IMG/VR virus record: IMGVR_UViG_3300025132_008118
DNA: 64,000 nt
From: a virus
Direction: 5' to 3' (one strand)
Position 1 is the first letter of the stretch, and every line of letters starts with the position of its first letter. This document shows, in pieces, positions 38,533 to 48,960 of this stretch. A model generated the notes under the pieces. That model was not told the DNA's origin and made no database searches. It worked only from the letters and a program-made list of their open reading frames with translations. Made by a program: the position numbers and the translations under genes.

Positions 38533-39481
38533 ATATTTCTATTAACCGTTTATTATCAAAATTATTTTTTATATACTTTAAAAAATCTTTTTCTTCATCG
38601 AAAAAAAGCAATTTATTATTTTTTACAAATCTCATACAAGCAACGTCTTTTTGATACAATATATTCTTTTTACTATCATCTGCACATGCTCCATTAAAAT
38701 TAAAAAAATAATCACTAGCCGACATATCACCCAATACTGAACTTGAGTTCCATTTTTTATTCAAGTTATAATCAAAATTTATATTATTAATAATTCTTAA
38801 ATAGTCTATAATATATTTTGATTGGGTTATTTCAACACTTTGCAACATTTTTATTTCATTATTATCCGATATACTATTATTAAGTTCTAATAGTTTTTTA
38901 TATAAATTAGACCATGACCATTTACCGCTATATAAAAAATTACACATAGTTTTTTTATCAAATAGCATTACACCACCAGAGCATTCTTCATTTATATAAG
39001 TTTCTAATATATTATTTGTTACATTTTCATTGCATACATATTTTAAAAAATAAATAAAAGCTTCTGCTTCATCACAAGGAGCTCCTTCTATTTTTGAATG
39101 TATTTTTTCATCATACACATGACTGATAAAATTTTCTATTGAACTTATATTAATATAATTATTAGTATAACTATCACGCCACCGGTATGCTGCAAAAGGT
39201 GCATTTTTATACTCTTCAAATATATTAGGTGCATTTTTAGATATTAAAATGTCCCAATCTATATACAACATTTTATCATAATTTGACTCGCTAAAATGTT
39301 TATATGCCTCGTATACAACAAACGACAATGGTTTATAATCTTCTTTAATATCACTTATACAAATGTAATCACAGTTATATTTTTCTGCATATTCTTTTGC
39401 TAGTTTTTTATGTAATTCAACAAATCCAGGTAAATTTTTATCATGCGGTTTTTTATAACATGTGTATATTACATTTTTCAT
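38522..39481 (-). CDS. GT-A glycosyltransferase-like protein, tandem paralog of 37600..38532
   Basis: YDKMLYIDWDIL, SGGVMLF, LNKKWN; collinear similarity along its length. Confidence 0.6.
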   Translation of the reverse strand: MKNVIYTCYKKPHDKNLPGFVELHKKLAKEYAEKYNCDYICISDIKEDYKPLSFVVYEAYKHFSESNYDKMLYIDWDILISKNAPNIFEEYKNAPFAAYRWRDSYTNNYINISSIENFISHVYDEKIHSKIEGAPCDEAEAFIYFLKYVCNENVTNNILETYINEECSGGVMLFDKKTMCNFLYSGKWSWSNLYKKLLELNNSISDNNEIKMLQSVEITQSKYIIDYLRIINNINFDYNLNKKWNSSSVLGDMSASDYFFNFNGACADDSKKNILYQKDVACMRFVKNNKLLFFDEEKDFLKYIKNNFDNKRLIEIYAK

Positions 39482-40311
39482 TTATAATCAGTTAAATCAG
39501 GCTTCTTTAATTTATATTCTATTAACTTCTTTTTCCATGTTGGTGAAAGAGTTGTCTTATCTGTATATTTAACATGTTCCTCTGGGACTTCAAATGGTGC
39601 GATTTCGTTAAAATAACCACAATATTTACATAAATCTTCAAATTGGTTATATACCGCATCATCATTAATGTCTTTAATATTTTTAATACCAGTATCCATA
39701 CCGAATACTTTATCAATAGCAGCACCGGTTGTGCATGGATAATAACCATGTTTTGTTAAACAAGGTTGAGCACATTGACATTTTTTATGAACACGGGCAT
39801 ATTCTTTATTTTTATTTGCCTTATAATTAATATTATCTATCGGTGCAATATTAATAGGATAAAATAATTGATTATTATCTTTTTTATGGGTGCTTAGGAG
39901 ATTAATTAAATGGGATGTATGTTGTAAATTTATTAATTTATTTTTTTGTTTACCGTTAGTTAATACTACTAAACCCTCTTTAATATAATTCTCTATATGT
40001 TCATCAAAATAAGTAGTATGGTTATAATCACCTTTATATATTACACCATTCTTAAAAAATGCTTTATTTAACATTCTAATTATTTGTTGTATATTAGGGT
40101 GGAGTAAAGGTTCACCACCGGTAAGAACTATAATTTCCCATTTTATATTATTTTCTAAAGATTCATTTATAAAACTAGTTATTTGTTCAACTGACATAGT
40201 ACTATCCATTTTTGGAGCTTGTCTAACCATAGCATCGCAGTTATGGCATGCCATATTACATTTAGCAGTAATAGACAATTCTATGTATTTTTTATCCCAA
40301 CTTGGTATCAT
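39478..40311 (-). CDS. Radical SAM protein with Cys-rich C-terminus
   Basis: CNMACHNC, LTGGEPLLHP, C-terminal CQC..PC...PC and CKYC. Confidence 0.9.
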   Translation of the reverse strand: MIPSWDKKYIELSITAKCNMACHNCDAMVRQAPKMDSTMSVEQITSFINESLENNIKWEIIVLTGGEPLLHPNIQQIIRMLNKAFFKNGVIYKGDYNHTTYFDEHIENYIKEGLVVLTNGKQKNKLINLQHTSHLINLLSTHKKDNNQLFYPINIAPIDNINYKANKNKEYARVHKKCQCAQPCLTKHGYYPCTTGAAIDKVFGMDTGIKNIKDINDDAVYNQFEDLCKYCGYFNEIAPFEVPEEHVKYTDKTTLSPTWKKKLIEYKLKKPDLTDYK

Positions 40312-41405
40312 ACTTTTTTCCTTTTAACATACTGATATTTGGTATTGCAATCACAATATTTTAACGGGCAAGTAACACAGCTAGTAAGATTATTGTTATC
40401 TATATCAATTAATTGTATAAGTTTACCGGTACATGAATTTTGAATTGTACCATTCATATTTATTTTCCACATTAACGGTCGACAATCCCAACCTTCATAT
40501 TGATATAACTTATGTTTATAAATATCAGCATCTGTTAATGTTTTATTTACTGATTTATTATTAATATTTCCTCTAAATAAACGAGCTCGATTAATTATAA
40601 CTGAATTATTATTTTTATACTTTTCATGTTTAATTAATTTACGATGATTTATTAAAAATTTTTCATTGTAGTTAACTAATTTTTCATTAAAAAATTTGTC
40701 TATATTATCGTTAGTTAATTCATTACTTTCTTCTATATGTATACTTTCATCTAAAGGGTTATTATAAAAAATAGGTTCAAAAATGTCCCAAAATTCTTTA
40801 GTATATTTTGGAGTAAAGTCATTACCTTCAAATTCATATAATAAATTACCAGCAAAATTAATTTTATTATTTTTTAATGTATCTACTAAATCTAAGGTAG
40901 ATTGCCAGTATTCTTTTTCATGAAATAAATTTATAAGAGGAGTAATAGTTAAATGTTTACATTTGTCTATTTCAATTAATTTGTCAATAAATTTTGGAGT
41001 AAAATATTCTGGATGGTATGAAGCAACTATATCAACTTTATCAGTTTCAGGTTTGTCAAATTGTTTAAAAAAATCTATACTTTTTGATAGATTAGTCGTT
41101 ATTTCAACCTGAATACAATTATCTATAGCACATAATTCTTTAACTATTTCATATATATCCGGGTGTAAAGTCGGCTCACCGCCAAGTAATTCTACAGTAA
41201 ATGGTATTTTTATTTTTTTAAGAGACAATATTTTTATTACATTCTGCCATGTAGCTTTTTTATCTTTTATTTTTTTAAATGTATGCTTATTAAAAGCTTT
41301 TGCACTACAATAGCTACATTTATAGTTACATACATCTATAATATCCCAAGAAAAAGTTAGTAATTTATAGTTTGTGTTACCCGCAGCTGTTATGGTATCA
41401 AACAT
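40308..41405 (-). CDS. Radical SAM protein
   Basis: CNYKCSYC, LGGEPTLHP, TTNL, ASYHPE, C-terminal GWDC...SC...CPLKYCDC. Confidence 0.9.
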   Translation of the reverse strand: MFDTITAAGNTNYKLLTFSWDIIDVCNYKCSYCSAKAFNKHTFKKIKDKKATWQNVIKILSLKKIKIPFTVELLGGEPTLHPDIYEIVKELCAIDNCIQVEITTNLSKSIDFFKQFDKPETDKVDIVASYHPEYFTPKFIDKLIEIDKCKHLTITPLINLFHEKEYWQSTLDLVDTLKNNKINFAGNLLYEFEGNDFTPKYTKEFWDIFEPIFYNNPLDESIHIEESNELTNDNIDKFFNEKLVNYNEKFLINHRKLIKHEKYKNNNSVIINRARLFRGNINNKSVNKTLTDADIYKHKLYQYEGWDCRPLMWKINMNGTIQNSCTGKLIQLIDIDNNNLTSCVTCPLKYCDCNTKYQYVKRKKV

Positions 41406-41425
41406 TTATGTATTTAGTTAATTTA

Positions 41426-42361
41426 TTATATAGTACCAGCTTGATCAGCCTTTTCTATATCAGCAGGTACATAAAATTTGCAATATTTACATATATTGTT
41501 GAATATACCATTATTTTGATCGTCTATTATTTTTTGTCGTAGTTGTAGCATCTCTTTAGGTGCATCTTTAAATACATTACCAACTTTACCATCCCCGTAA
41601 ACATCCAACCATGCGCATATAGTAAAATCTCCGTTACCTAAAATACCGCAATCAGTATATATCATACCACAATGACCTTTATGTTGGTTAGGTTTTTGGT
41701 TTTTAATTTTTTTAAAATCAATTGTATGTTTCCAATTAAAATGTATAGCAGTTTCTTCAAATACAACATCATGATGAGACTTAATACTAATAGCTTTTAA
41801 TTTTAACCAGTTAAGTTGCTGGTCATCATTTTTAATTGGTGCGCGTAGTGCTAGTAAAATTTTCATTTTACGTTTAACTGTTACCAATTTTTTAAGATTA
41901 GTTTTAAATTTGTCCCATAATTCATAGCCAGTCTGCTGTTTAAACTGTTTCGAAGTTAAACCGTAACAACTAATTTTTATCTGTAATTTTTTATACTGAT
42001 CAAAAATTTCAATATGTTTATTTTTTAATTGGGTTAAATTAGTATAGAAAAAATAACTTTCTATGTCTGGGTTAATTTCTAAATATCTAAAAATTTCATT
42101 TAAATCATCTATATTATGTTCTAATGGTTCGCCAATAGTTGTACCTAATTCTATTCTTCTGACACCCATTTCAATTAGATAGTCTATATATTTTTTTATA
42201 TCATTTATTCTACCTACCTTTAAATTATCATCTTTATTTTCCCATGGCCATGGGTAATCAGAAGATTCATTTTTTATATGCTTATTCATACAAAAATTAC
42301 ATTTTAATGAACAGGTATTATTTAAAAAAACTTGAGCTTGTGGTATCGGTGTAGTTTTCAT
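41426..42361 (-). CDS. Radical SAM protein with SPASM/twitch-like domain
   Basis: CSLKCNFC, IGEPL, YTN, HCG..DC..GDFTIC, CKYC. Confidence 0.88.
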   Translation of the reverse strand: MKTTPIPQAQVFLNNTCSLKCNFCMNKHIKNESSDYPWPWENKDDNLKVGRINDIKKYIDYLIEMGVRRIELGTTIGEPLEHNIDDLNEIFRYLEINPDIESYFFYTNLTQLKNKHIEIFDQYKKLQIKISCYGLTSKQFKQQTGYELWDKFKTNLKKLVTVKRKMKILLALRAPIKNDDQQLNWLKLKAISIKSHHDVVFEETAIHFNWKHTIDFKKIKNQKPNQHKGHCGMIYTDCGILGNGDFTICAWLDVYGDGKVGNVFKDAPKEMLQLRQKIIDDQNNGIFNNICKYCKFYVPADIEKADQAGTI

Positions 42362-43020
42362 CTTATAGGGTACCTTTTATCTGTATTTAATTCAGAAAAA
42401 CTTAAATTGTCTTCACCGTCATTAGTTTGAACCCATATGGGTGATTTTATACACTTAAATGTATCAATTTTTAAACTTTTAAATAAATTGTAATCAAAAT
42501 CTAAAGTCGATTTAAAATTACTCTTAAAGAAATTTATTGCAGAACTTTTCCGGAAAACTATCTGAGTTAATTGAAAATATCTTGGGTTATATAGTGAGAT
42601 ATATTCTTTAAAATTTATATTATCTTTGTAATACAATGTACAATCTATTTCTTTAAATACAGTTTTAAAATCATAAGTTTTTTGTAGAGGTTTAGATATA
42701 TAATTAGATATATATAGATCTTGTTTAAGTTTTATATGTTTAAAAAAAGCAGGTAAAATATAATCATCATCTTCTAAGAAAAATATATATTCTCCTTTAC
42801 TTTCTAAATATAAAAATCTATATGTTTCACCTAATTCTTTATATTTTCTATAAAAATATTTTATAGTTATATTTTCACTATAAACTTCTTCTATATCGTT
42901 ACTATCGTTATTTACAAGTATTTCTATATGAAAATCTGGTAGATTTTTTATAACACTATCAATACACCTTTTAAATAATTTAGGTCGATTGTGGGTTAAT
43001 ATTAATATAGATAACTTCAT
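42358..43020 (-). CDS. GT2 family glycosyltransferase
   Basis: SILILTHNRP, GEYIFFLEDDD. Confidence 0.85.
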   Translation of the reverse strand: MKLSILILTHNRPKLFKRCIDSVIKNLPDFHIEILVNNDSNDIEEVYSENITIKYFYRKYKELGETYRFLYLESKGEYIFFLEDDDYILPAFFKHIKLKQDLYISNYISKPLQKTYDFKTVFKEIDCTLYYKDNINFKEYISLYNPRYFQLTQIVFRKSSAINFFKSNFKSTLDFDYNLFKSLKIDTFKCIKSPIWVQTNDGEDNLSFSELNTDKRYPIR

Positions 43021-44042
43021 AACGTCTTCTTATGGTCCAGTCCATCGCAACATGAAGTTATAACGCATCTTTCACATTTATCTAAATATTGTTCGAAATT
43101 TAAATCAGATAGGTTAATAGATTTTAAATTTTTATAACTATAATCGTTACATCGAAACACTCTCATATCGTAGTTTATAATTATATTCTTTTTACCACTG
43201 TCACATTTCATGAATCTAAATTTTTTATGTATGTTATTACCTTTTACATGGGAATAATTTAGTTTTAATTTACCGTTTATAAGAAAATTCCAACTTTCCT
43301 CGAAGTATTTTTCAAATTGAGGATAGTATTTCATCCAGTATCGATACTCTAAACTTTTACCGTTATCATCACCAACTAATTCTACATCTTTTATGTATTC
43401 TTCATAACCACTACTAGGTTTTGAAGCTAAATTTTCTATTTCAGTAAATTTCATTTTAAGTTTTGTTGGATGTGATCGTATAATTTGATCCATTTCATCT
43501 AACATTTGTTCTTTTTTAGGTATTTCAGTACTAAAAAAACAAAAACCTAGACTATTGTATTTGTCACATATATCCATTTTCTTAATATACTCAGTAACTT
43601 GTTGTTTACCAATATGATAACTATTACATATATCTATTGTATGGTTACTATTTTTTAATTTATGAATATTAATTAAAAATTTTTCTAATCTTCTAACTGG
43701 TAAACTTAAGTTTGTATGGGTTTGTAAAAAAAGCTTTTTGTCTGGAAATAATTTTACAATTTCATAGTTTAAATATTCCCAAAATTTACTTAATGTAGGT
43801 TCACCTCCGTAGAAATAAAAAAATATTTTTTTCTTACTTTTTGGTATTTCTTTTAATTTAGATAAGACTTGATCGCATTGCTCTTTAGTCCACGTTTTTG
43901 TATTATTATCATATTCCCCACAAAACCAACATTTATGATTACATTTAAAACTGGGTTTTAAAGTAATTTTTAAATCGTAGTCGAACCAATCATTATTTTT
44001 TATTAATTCAAATGATTTTATTTTATCTATGTATTGTTTCAT
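43017..44042 (-). CDS. Radical SAM protein
   Basis: CNHKCWFC, YGGEPTL, HTNL, SYH, C-terminal KC...RC...CERCVITSCC. Confidence 0.9.
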   Translation of the reverse strand: MKQYIDKIKSFELIKNNDWFDYDLKITLKPSFKCNHKCWFCGEYDNNTKTWTKEQCDQVLSKLKEIPKSKKKIFFYFYGGEPTLSKFWEYLNYEIVKLFPDKKLFLQTHTNLSLPVRRLEKFLINIHKLKNSNHTIDICNSYHIGKQQVTEYIKKMDICDKYNSLGFCFFSTEIPKKEQMLDEMDQIIRSHPTKLKMKFTEIENLASKPSSGYEEYIKDVELVGDDNGKSLEYRYWMKYYPQFEKYFEESWNFLINGKLKLNYSHVKGNNIHKKFRFMKCDSGKKNIIINYDMRVFRCNDYSYKNLKSINLSDLNFEQYLDKCERCVITSCCDGLDHKKTL

Positions 44043-45021
44043 TTAGTATTCCTACGATTGGGTCTTCATTATTTAAAAATAATGTTTTAAAATTAGTATC
44101 AACATCACTTCTACGTACTCTTAAACCGCTATCAATTTTTAAATATTCATTATCTATATTATGATAAATAACATCTTTATTATAATATTTACACTCTGCT
44201 ATTAATCTAGGACTGCAGTCAAATTTACCATCTATTGGAGTGTATATATAGGTATTAAATTTTTCAAATAGTTTATCAATGCCAGGCTTTATAAATTCAA
44301 CACGTTCATCTTTATAATTAATATACTTTTCAGGTTTATTGGTAATTACTATATATTTTTCAAAATTATATCTATTAGTTATATCAGTTAATAGTTTATC
44401 AGTTATAGATCTACAATTAGAGGTTATATATAACATTGCCGTTTTATTAACTTTACATTTATCAATTTGTTTGTATTTTTCAAACAATATTTTTTTAATA
44501 TAATGTAATGCTATTTTATTTTCTTCGGGTATTATTTCTGAATATACTCTTAAGTCAGATAATAGTTGTACTTTATATGGGATATCAAAAAGCGTATGAT
44601 TGCAATGGTTTGAACATTTAAATGATAAGATATTTTTAAAATTTAATATAGTACCATTATTGACAAATCTAGCTTTCAACGCGCCATCGACAAATAATAT
44701 ATTCTTTCCAGTTATAATTTCTGGTCTATTATAATAAAATGTATTATTTTTATAATCTTTTAATTCTAAATCACTAAAATTATATTTTTGTAAAATTAAT
44801 TTTTTAAATTCAGACCAGTTATTAATACTTTCTCCAAAAAAAATACCAACTTTAAATGTTTTATTTAAAATATAAAAATAATCTATGATCTCATATATAT
44901 GACCGCTAATCCCATGTTCATGACCATTTTCCCAAGTAAGAGATAAGAATATATCATAATTTTTATTTAATTTAAAAATGTTTTTCATAATCCCACTGTA
45001 TATCACACCCACAATTACCAA
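44023..45021 (-). CDS. Hypothetical protein, possible GT-B fold
   Basis: C-terminal FDCSPRLIAECKYYNKDVIY resembles the GT-B nucleotide-binding motif. Confidence 0.45.
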   Translation of the reverse strand: MVIVGVIYSGIMKNIFKLNKNYDIFLSLTWENGHEHGISGHIYEIIDYFYILNKTFKVGIFFGESINNWSEFKKLILQKYNFSDLELKDYKNNTFYYNRPEIITGKNILFVDGALKARFVNNGTILNFKNILSFKCSNHCNHTLFDIPYKVQLLSDLRVYSEIIPEENKIALHYIKKILFEKYKQIDKCKVNKTAMLYITSNCRSITDKLLTDITNRYNFEKYIVITNKPEKYINYKDERVEFIKPGIDKLFEKFNTYIYTPIDGKFDCSPRLIAECKYYNKDVIYHNIDNEYLKIDSGLRVRRSDVDTNFKTLFLNNEDPIVGILNETIHR

Positions 45022-45871
45022 AAGGACACTTTATTGATGTTTCTTTATTCATGTATAAGATGAATGGCATTTTAGAACACGCATTATATATACCACCTTT
45101 GTAGTCGATAACCCATCTTAGAGGTTTACAATTAATACCTTTTAAATTAGACATTTTATTGGTAATAATATCATCATAACTATAGTCACCTTGAACGCCA
45201 TCTACTTGAAACGGCCAGGTTCTATCATCATTTTTTATATATTTTTTGAATATGCTATAAAACTCTTCATTATATTTTGACCTATAACCAAACCCGGTAT
45301 CATAAAGATATGAAACATCGTATTTTATATTGTTATCTAAACAAAAGTTAAAAAACTCTACCATCTTACCCCAGTATTCACTTTTATCATGCAGCATAAC
45401 CGTAGGTGTCAGTCTAAAGCCTCTATCTATTAAATTTTTTATATTACTTTGAATTGAATACTCATCATATGATTCAAAATGTATAGAAGGGTTTATTAAA
45501 ATTTTATTAACCGGTTTAACATTTTGAAATATACGTTTAGCATTTTTTAAATTAGTCATTATTTCTATTTTATCACACTGATTAATTTTAATCAATGAGT
45601 CAAGAATATAATTAAACTTAGGATGTAGCGTTGGTTCTCCTCCTAATAATTCTATATTAAACCTAGGAACTTTTTTAAGATTTAGTAATTTTAAGACCTT
45701 TTTATATGATTCTTGTTTTGTTTTATTTTTATTAAAATCACATTTTTTTAAATATTCATTATTACCGAACCCCTCGATGCAATAACTACATTTCATATTA
45801 CATACATCTATCATGAACCATTGTAGTGTATGTAGCTTAAAATTTTTATAGCCGCATTTTTGTATATTCAT
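44972..45871 (-). CDS. Radical SAM protein
   Basis: CNMKCSYC, LGGEPTLHP, MTNL, SIHFE, C-terminal NC...AC...CPFGNCGC. Confidence 0.9.
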   Translation of the reverse strand: MNIQKCGYKNFKLHTLQWFMIDVCNMKCSYCIEGFGNNEYLKKCDFNKNKTKQESYKKVLKLLNLKKVPRFNIELLGGEPTLHPKFNYILDSLIKINQCDKIEIMTNLKNAKRIFQNVKPVNKILINPSIHFESYDEYSIQSNIKNLIDRGFRLTPTVMLHDKSEYWGKMVEFFNFCLDNNIKYDVSYLYDTGFGYRSKYNEEFYSIFKKYIKNDDRTWPFQVDGVQGDYSYDDIITNKMSNLKGINCKPLRWVIDYKGGIYNACSKMPFILYMNKETSIKCPFGNCGCDIQWDYEKHF

Positions 45872-46897
45872 TCAATAAAAATCTTTTCTATAAAAATTTA
45901 CATCAGTAATTTTTTCCCCTTCTTCAGGGTGTACTTCTATATCTAGTTGCTGTTCAATACCATCGCAGATGTTAAAATATTTACACCTTATACATTTAAT
46001 AGGTTTTTTACACCCGTCTAGTCGACCGTCTTGCGCTTTTAAATAACCTAAATCTATTTTTTCCTTTTCTGTATATGTTTTAGTTAAATCTACATCATAA
46101 TCATATATTTCCTTATTCCAATCATATATATCATACACATGTTGATACTGATTACATACATATTTTTCATAACCCTTCATATAGCAGTAAGGTGTATATC
46201 TTACATTAATATATTCTGTGTCATTTATGATAAGATCAATACATTGTTTTATTTTATCTGTAAGACCTTCGTAATCATCAATAGGTTCGAATGTTTTATT
46301 GGCATCCCAGTAGTTTAACGTTAAAAAGTTAACTTGAAATGGTTGTATTTCCTTTATAATTTTAGCATATTCTACTAAACCTTTATAATTTTTTTGATAT
46401 ACTGTGCAATTAACCCTAACCTTTATATTATGTTTCTTACATAGTTTAATAGCTTTATGTATTTTCTTCCAACCATTTTTTCTACCTACTATATCATCAT
46501 GTACTTCTTCATTATAACCGTGTAAACTAAATAATATTTCTTTTAAACCATGCTTTTTTGATTTTAATAAAAACTTTTCGTTAGAAAAGACTGAACCGTT
46601 ACTTAAACAACTAATATTATCAAATCTTTCATTGCAATAATCTAGTATTTTAAACCAATCTTTATGTATTGAACTTTCACCTCCAGATAAGTCTACTTCG
46701 GAAATACCATATTTATGAAGTATATTAATACGTTGCTTTATTGTAGAAAATGGTGTTTTAACATCTAGCCTATCTATGTAATAACAAAATTCACACTTAT
46801 AATTGCAGTGAAACCCAGTATCTAATTTCGCTCGATTACATCTTTTTGTTTCGTAATCGACGTCAAAATTTTTAATACTTAGATTATTAACATTCAT
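45872..46897 (-). CDS. Radical SAM protein with CxxC-x5-C C-terminus
   Basis: CNYKCEFC, SGGES, LSNG, SLHG, C-terminal CIRCKYFNICDG. Confidence 0.9.
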   Translation of the reverse strand: MNVNNLSIKNFDVDYETKRCNRAKLDTGFHCNYKCEFCYYIDRLDVKTPFSTIKQRINILHKYGISEVDLSGGESSIHKDWFKILDYCNERFDNISCLSNGSVFSNEKFLLKSKKHGLKEILFSLHGYNEEVHDDIVGRKNGWKKIHKAIKLCKKHNIKVRVNCTVYQKNYKGLVEYAKIIKEIQPFQVNFLTLNYWDANKTFEPIDDYEGLTDKIKQCIDLIINDTEYINVRYTPYCYMKGYEKYVCNQYQHVYDIYDWNKEIYDYDVDLTKTYTEKEKIDLGYLKAQDGRLDGCKKPIKCIRCKYFNICDGIEQQLDIEVHPEEGEKITDVNFYRKDFY

Positions 46898-46902
46898 ACC
46901 CT

Positions 46903-47757
46903 CTACAATATATAATTATCGTTAATTGCTTTATAGAGGGTATTATAATGATAGTCAGTTAATTTACTTTTATTATTTTCTAAAATTTTTAAAAAATTAG
47001 ATAACATATCTTTATCAGTAATATTTTCTATAGATTCAATTACTTGGATATGTTCATCTTTTTCACCTGTTAGTATTGGGGCTGTATTTGTATGAAAAGC
47101 ATTTGTTATTACATCAGGTAACGGTAATAATAACGGTGGCCAGTTATCAGTTAGGTCGGTAAATGTATTTACTTCGGTGAGATCCATATCGCTTACCACA
47201 TCATTAAAAATTTCTTTTATATTGTTTATATCTTCAATATCTTCGTCATCATCAGTATCTGTTAGAAGTTCATCTAACTCTGATAATGTTTTATTAACTT
47301 TATTTTGAATTATTTCGATAAAACTTGATATAATAGTTTCCTTTTCTTCATCAAAAGGTTTGTTTTTTATAATGTTATCACTATTAATTGAAAAGTTAAA
47401 TAAATTTAATACTTTATGTAAATTATGACTAACTACATCTTTATATAAAATTTTATCATATACATTTTTATCTTTAATAATTTGTTTATATTCATTAAAC
47501 AAAGATAATTCAGTAGTTTCATTTTTAGTCTCATCATCTCTATGCAATACTGTATAATTAACTATAGAATTTACATCAATAGTATCAACTTTATCAGTAA
47601 TAATGTTATATAATACAATATCGGTAGGTTTATCTACAACTAAATTATTTGAATTAAACTTTTTAATATTTGTATAAGGTATTGTTAAATTACCTATTTG
47701 TACTCTACAAATGTATTTAGATGCATCTTCAGTCAGTAACTCTTTAAGGGTTGCCAT
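46903..47757 (-). CDS. Hypothetical acidic protein
   Basis: 284 aa; no motif recognised. Confidence 0.5.
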   Translation of the reverse strand: MATLKELLTEDASKYICRVQIGNLTIPYTNIKKFNSNNLVVDKPTDIVLYNIITDKVDTIDVNSIVNYTVLHRDDETKNETTELSLFNEYKQIIKDKNVYDKILYKDVVSHNLHKVLNLFNFSINSDNIIKNKPFDEEKETIISSFIEIIQNKVNKTLSELDELLTDTDDDEDIEDINNIKEIFNDVVSDMDLTEVNTFTDLTDNWPPLLLPLPDVITNAFHTNTAPILTGEKDEHIQVIESIENITDKDMLSNFLKILENNKSKLTDYHYNTLYKAINDNYIL

Positions 47758-47791
47758 AATATATTATATGCAAAAACTACCGGAAAACAAC

Positions 47792-48511
47792 TTACCCGGT
47801 ACCGGGGTAACCTACTCCATATCCTCTACTATTTGTCTGAACTCCGTTAAAAAAGTAAAGACTATCCCCAAAAGCTGTACCAGAAGCACCAGTTAAAAAG
47901 AATTGATACTCTGGGCCAGCTACGGTACCACTACCTCTAATAGTCGGTGTCCCATCATTATATGCAGTGGTCCACTGCATACTAATAGAAGTACCAGTAT
48001 CGTTATCGGTTAATTCAACAGCTACCGTTTTACCGCTAGTAAAATCACCAGATGTATATGCAGTGCCTCGATTACCACTTGAGGTAACTGTTGAACCACC
48101 AACTGTAATTGTATATGCACCAGCTGTACCACTACCATTTAATGGTGTTATTTTTAATTGAGCATTATCTGAATTTTTATACCTCGATGCAGTTTCATTT
48201 TTTGCCTGTACTTTCATACCTAAAATAGTAGCACTACGATAATCACTCCACTTGATATCGGTATCACCACCGCTTGAATTAGTATAATTACCTAAATCAC
48301 CGACATATGTCTCGAACCAGTCTTTAATAGCTACCGAGCCTAAATCAGTTGGAGCTACACCTGTACCTGATGATCCACCGGTAGTACTATCTTTAATATA
48401 TCTTAAACCTAATATACTACCACTATCGGTTGTGGTACTAAGATTAGCTCCTGTACCTTTTGGTGCCACGTTAGTAGATGTTATCTTACCGATATTATTG
48501 TTATGTGCCAT
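47792..48511 (-). CDS. Gly/Ser/Thr-rich probable virion surface/fibre protein
   Basis: G/S/T-rich, DIKWSDY motif, beta-rich C-terminus; TAAATA-N5-ATG. Confidence 0.55.
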   Translation of the reverse strand: MAHNNNIGKITSTNVAPKGTGANLSTTTDSGSILGLRYIKDSTTGGSSGTGVAPTDLGSVAIKDWFETYVGDLGNYTNSSGGDTDIKWSDYRSATILGMKVQAKNETASRYKNSDNAQLKITPLNGSGTAGAYTITVGGSTVTSSGNRGTAYTSGDFTSGKTVAVELTDNDTGTSISMQWTTAYNDGTPTIRGSGTVAGPEYQFFLTGASGTAFGDSLYFFNGVQTNSRGYGVGYPGTG

Positions 48512-48523
48512 ACTATTATTTAA

Positions 48524-48799
48524 TTATTTACCTTTTTTCTTCCAGGATACCCTCTTTGAACTTTTCTTTTTATACATCTTGCCTTTTATTTTTTTACATG
48601 CAGCTTTAGTAGGTCTACATGCTGGGTAACTACCTCCTGATTTTTTTGATTTTCTACCGCAAGGGCCTCCAGTTTTACAATTTATCCAACCACTAAATTT
48701 TTTACCTGTTTTTGGATCTTTACCACCACGTTTAAACCATTGATGTAAACTATCACTGGCCTCAGTTAAATAATATTCAACTAGATTATCAAAATTCAT
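48524..48799 (-). CDS. Small basic Cys-containing phage protein
   Basis: LHQWFK, WINCKTGGPCGR, YPACRP. Confidence 0.6.
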   Translation of the reverse strand: MNFDNLVEYYLTEASDSLHQWFKRGGKDPKTGKKFSGWINCKTGGPCGRKSKKSGGSYPACRPTKAACKKIKGKMYKKKSSKRVSWKKKGK

Positions 48800-48960
48800 T
48801 ATTTACCAGCTTTACGCATTTTATTAGCATGCAATTTATCACCTGATTTTTTAGCAGCTTTATAAGCTTTAGAACCTTTTCTAGCTGATTTACGACCAGA
48901 TTTTCTTTTTTTATTAATGTTAGCCCATAGACTTTCTAATATTGTATCGAATTGATTCAT
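48799..48960 (-). CDS. Small basic protein, 53 aa (absent from ORF track)
   Basis: MNQFDTILESLWANINKKRKSGRKSARKGSKAYKAAKKSGDKLHANKMRKAGK; ATGA and TAATG overlaps with both neighbours. Confidence 0.75.
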   Translation of the reverse strand: MNQFDTILESLWANINKKRKSGRKSARKGSKAYKAAKKSGDKLHANKMRKAGK

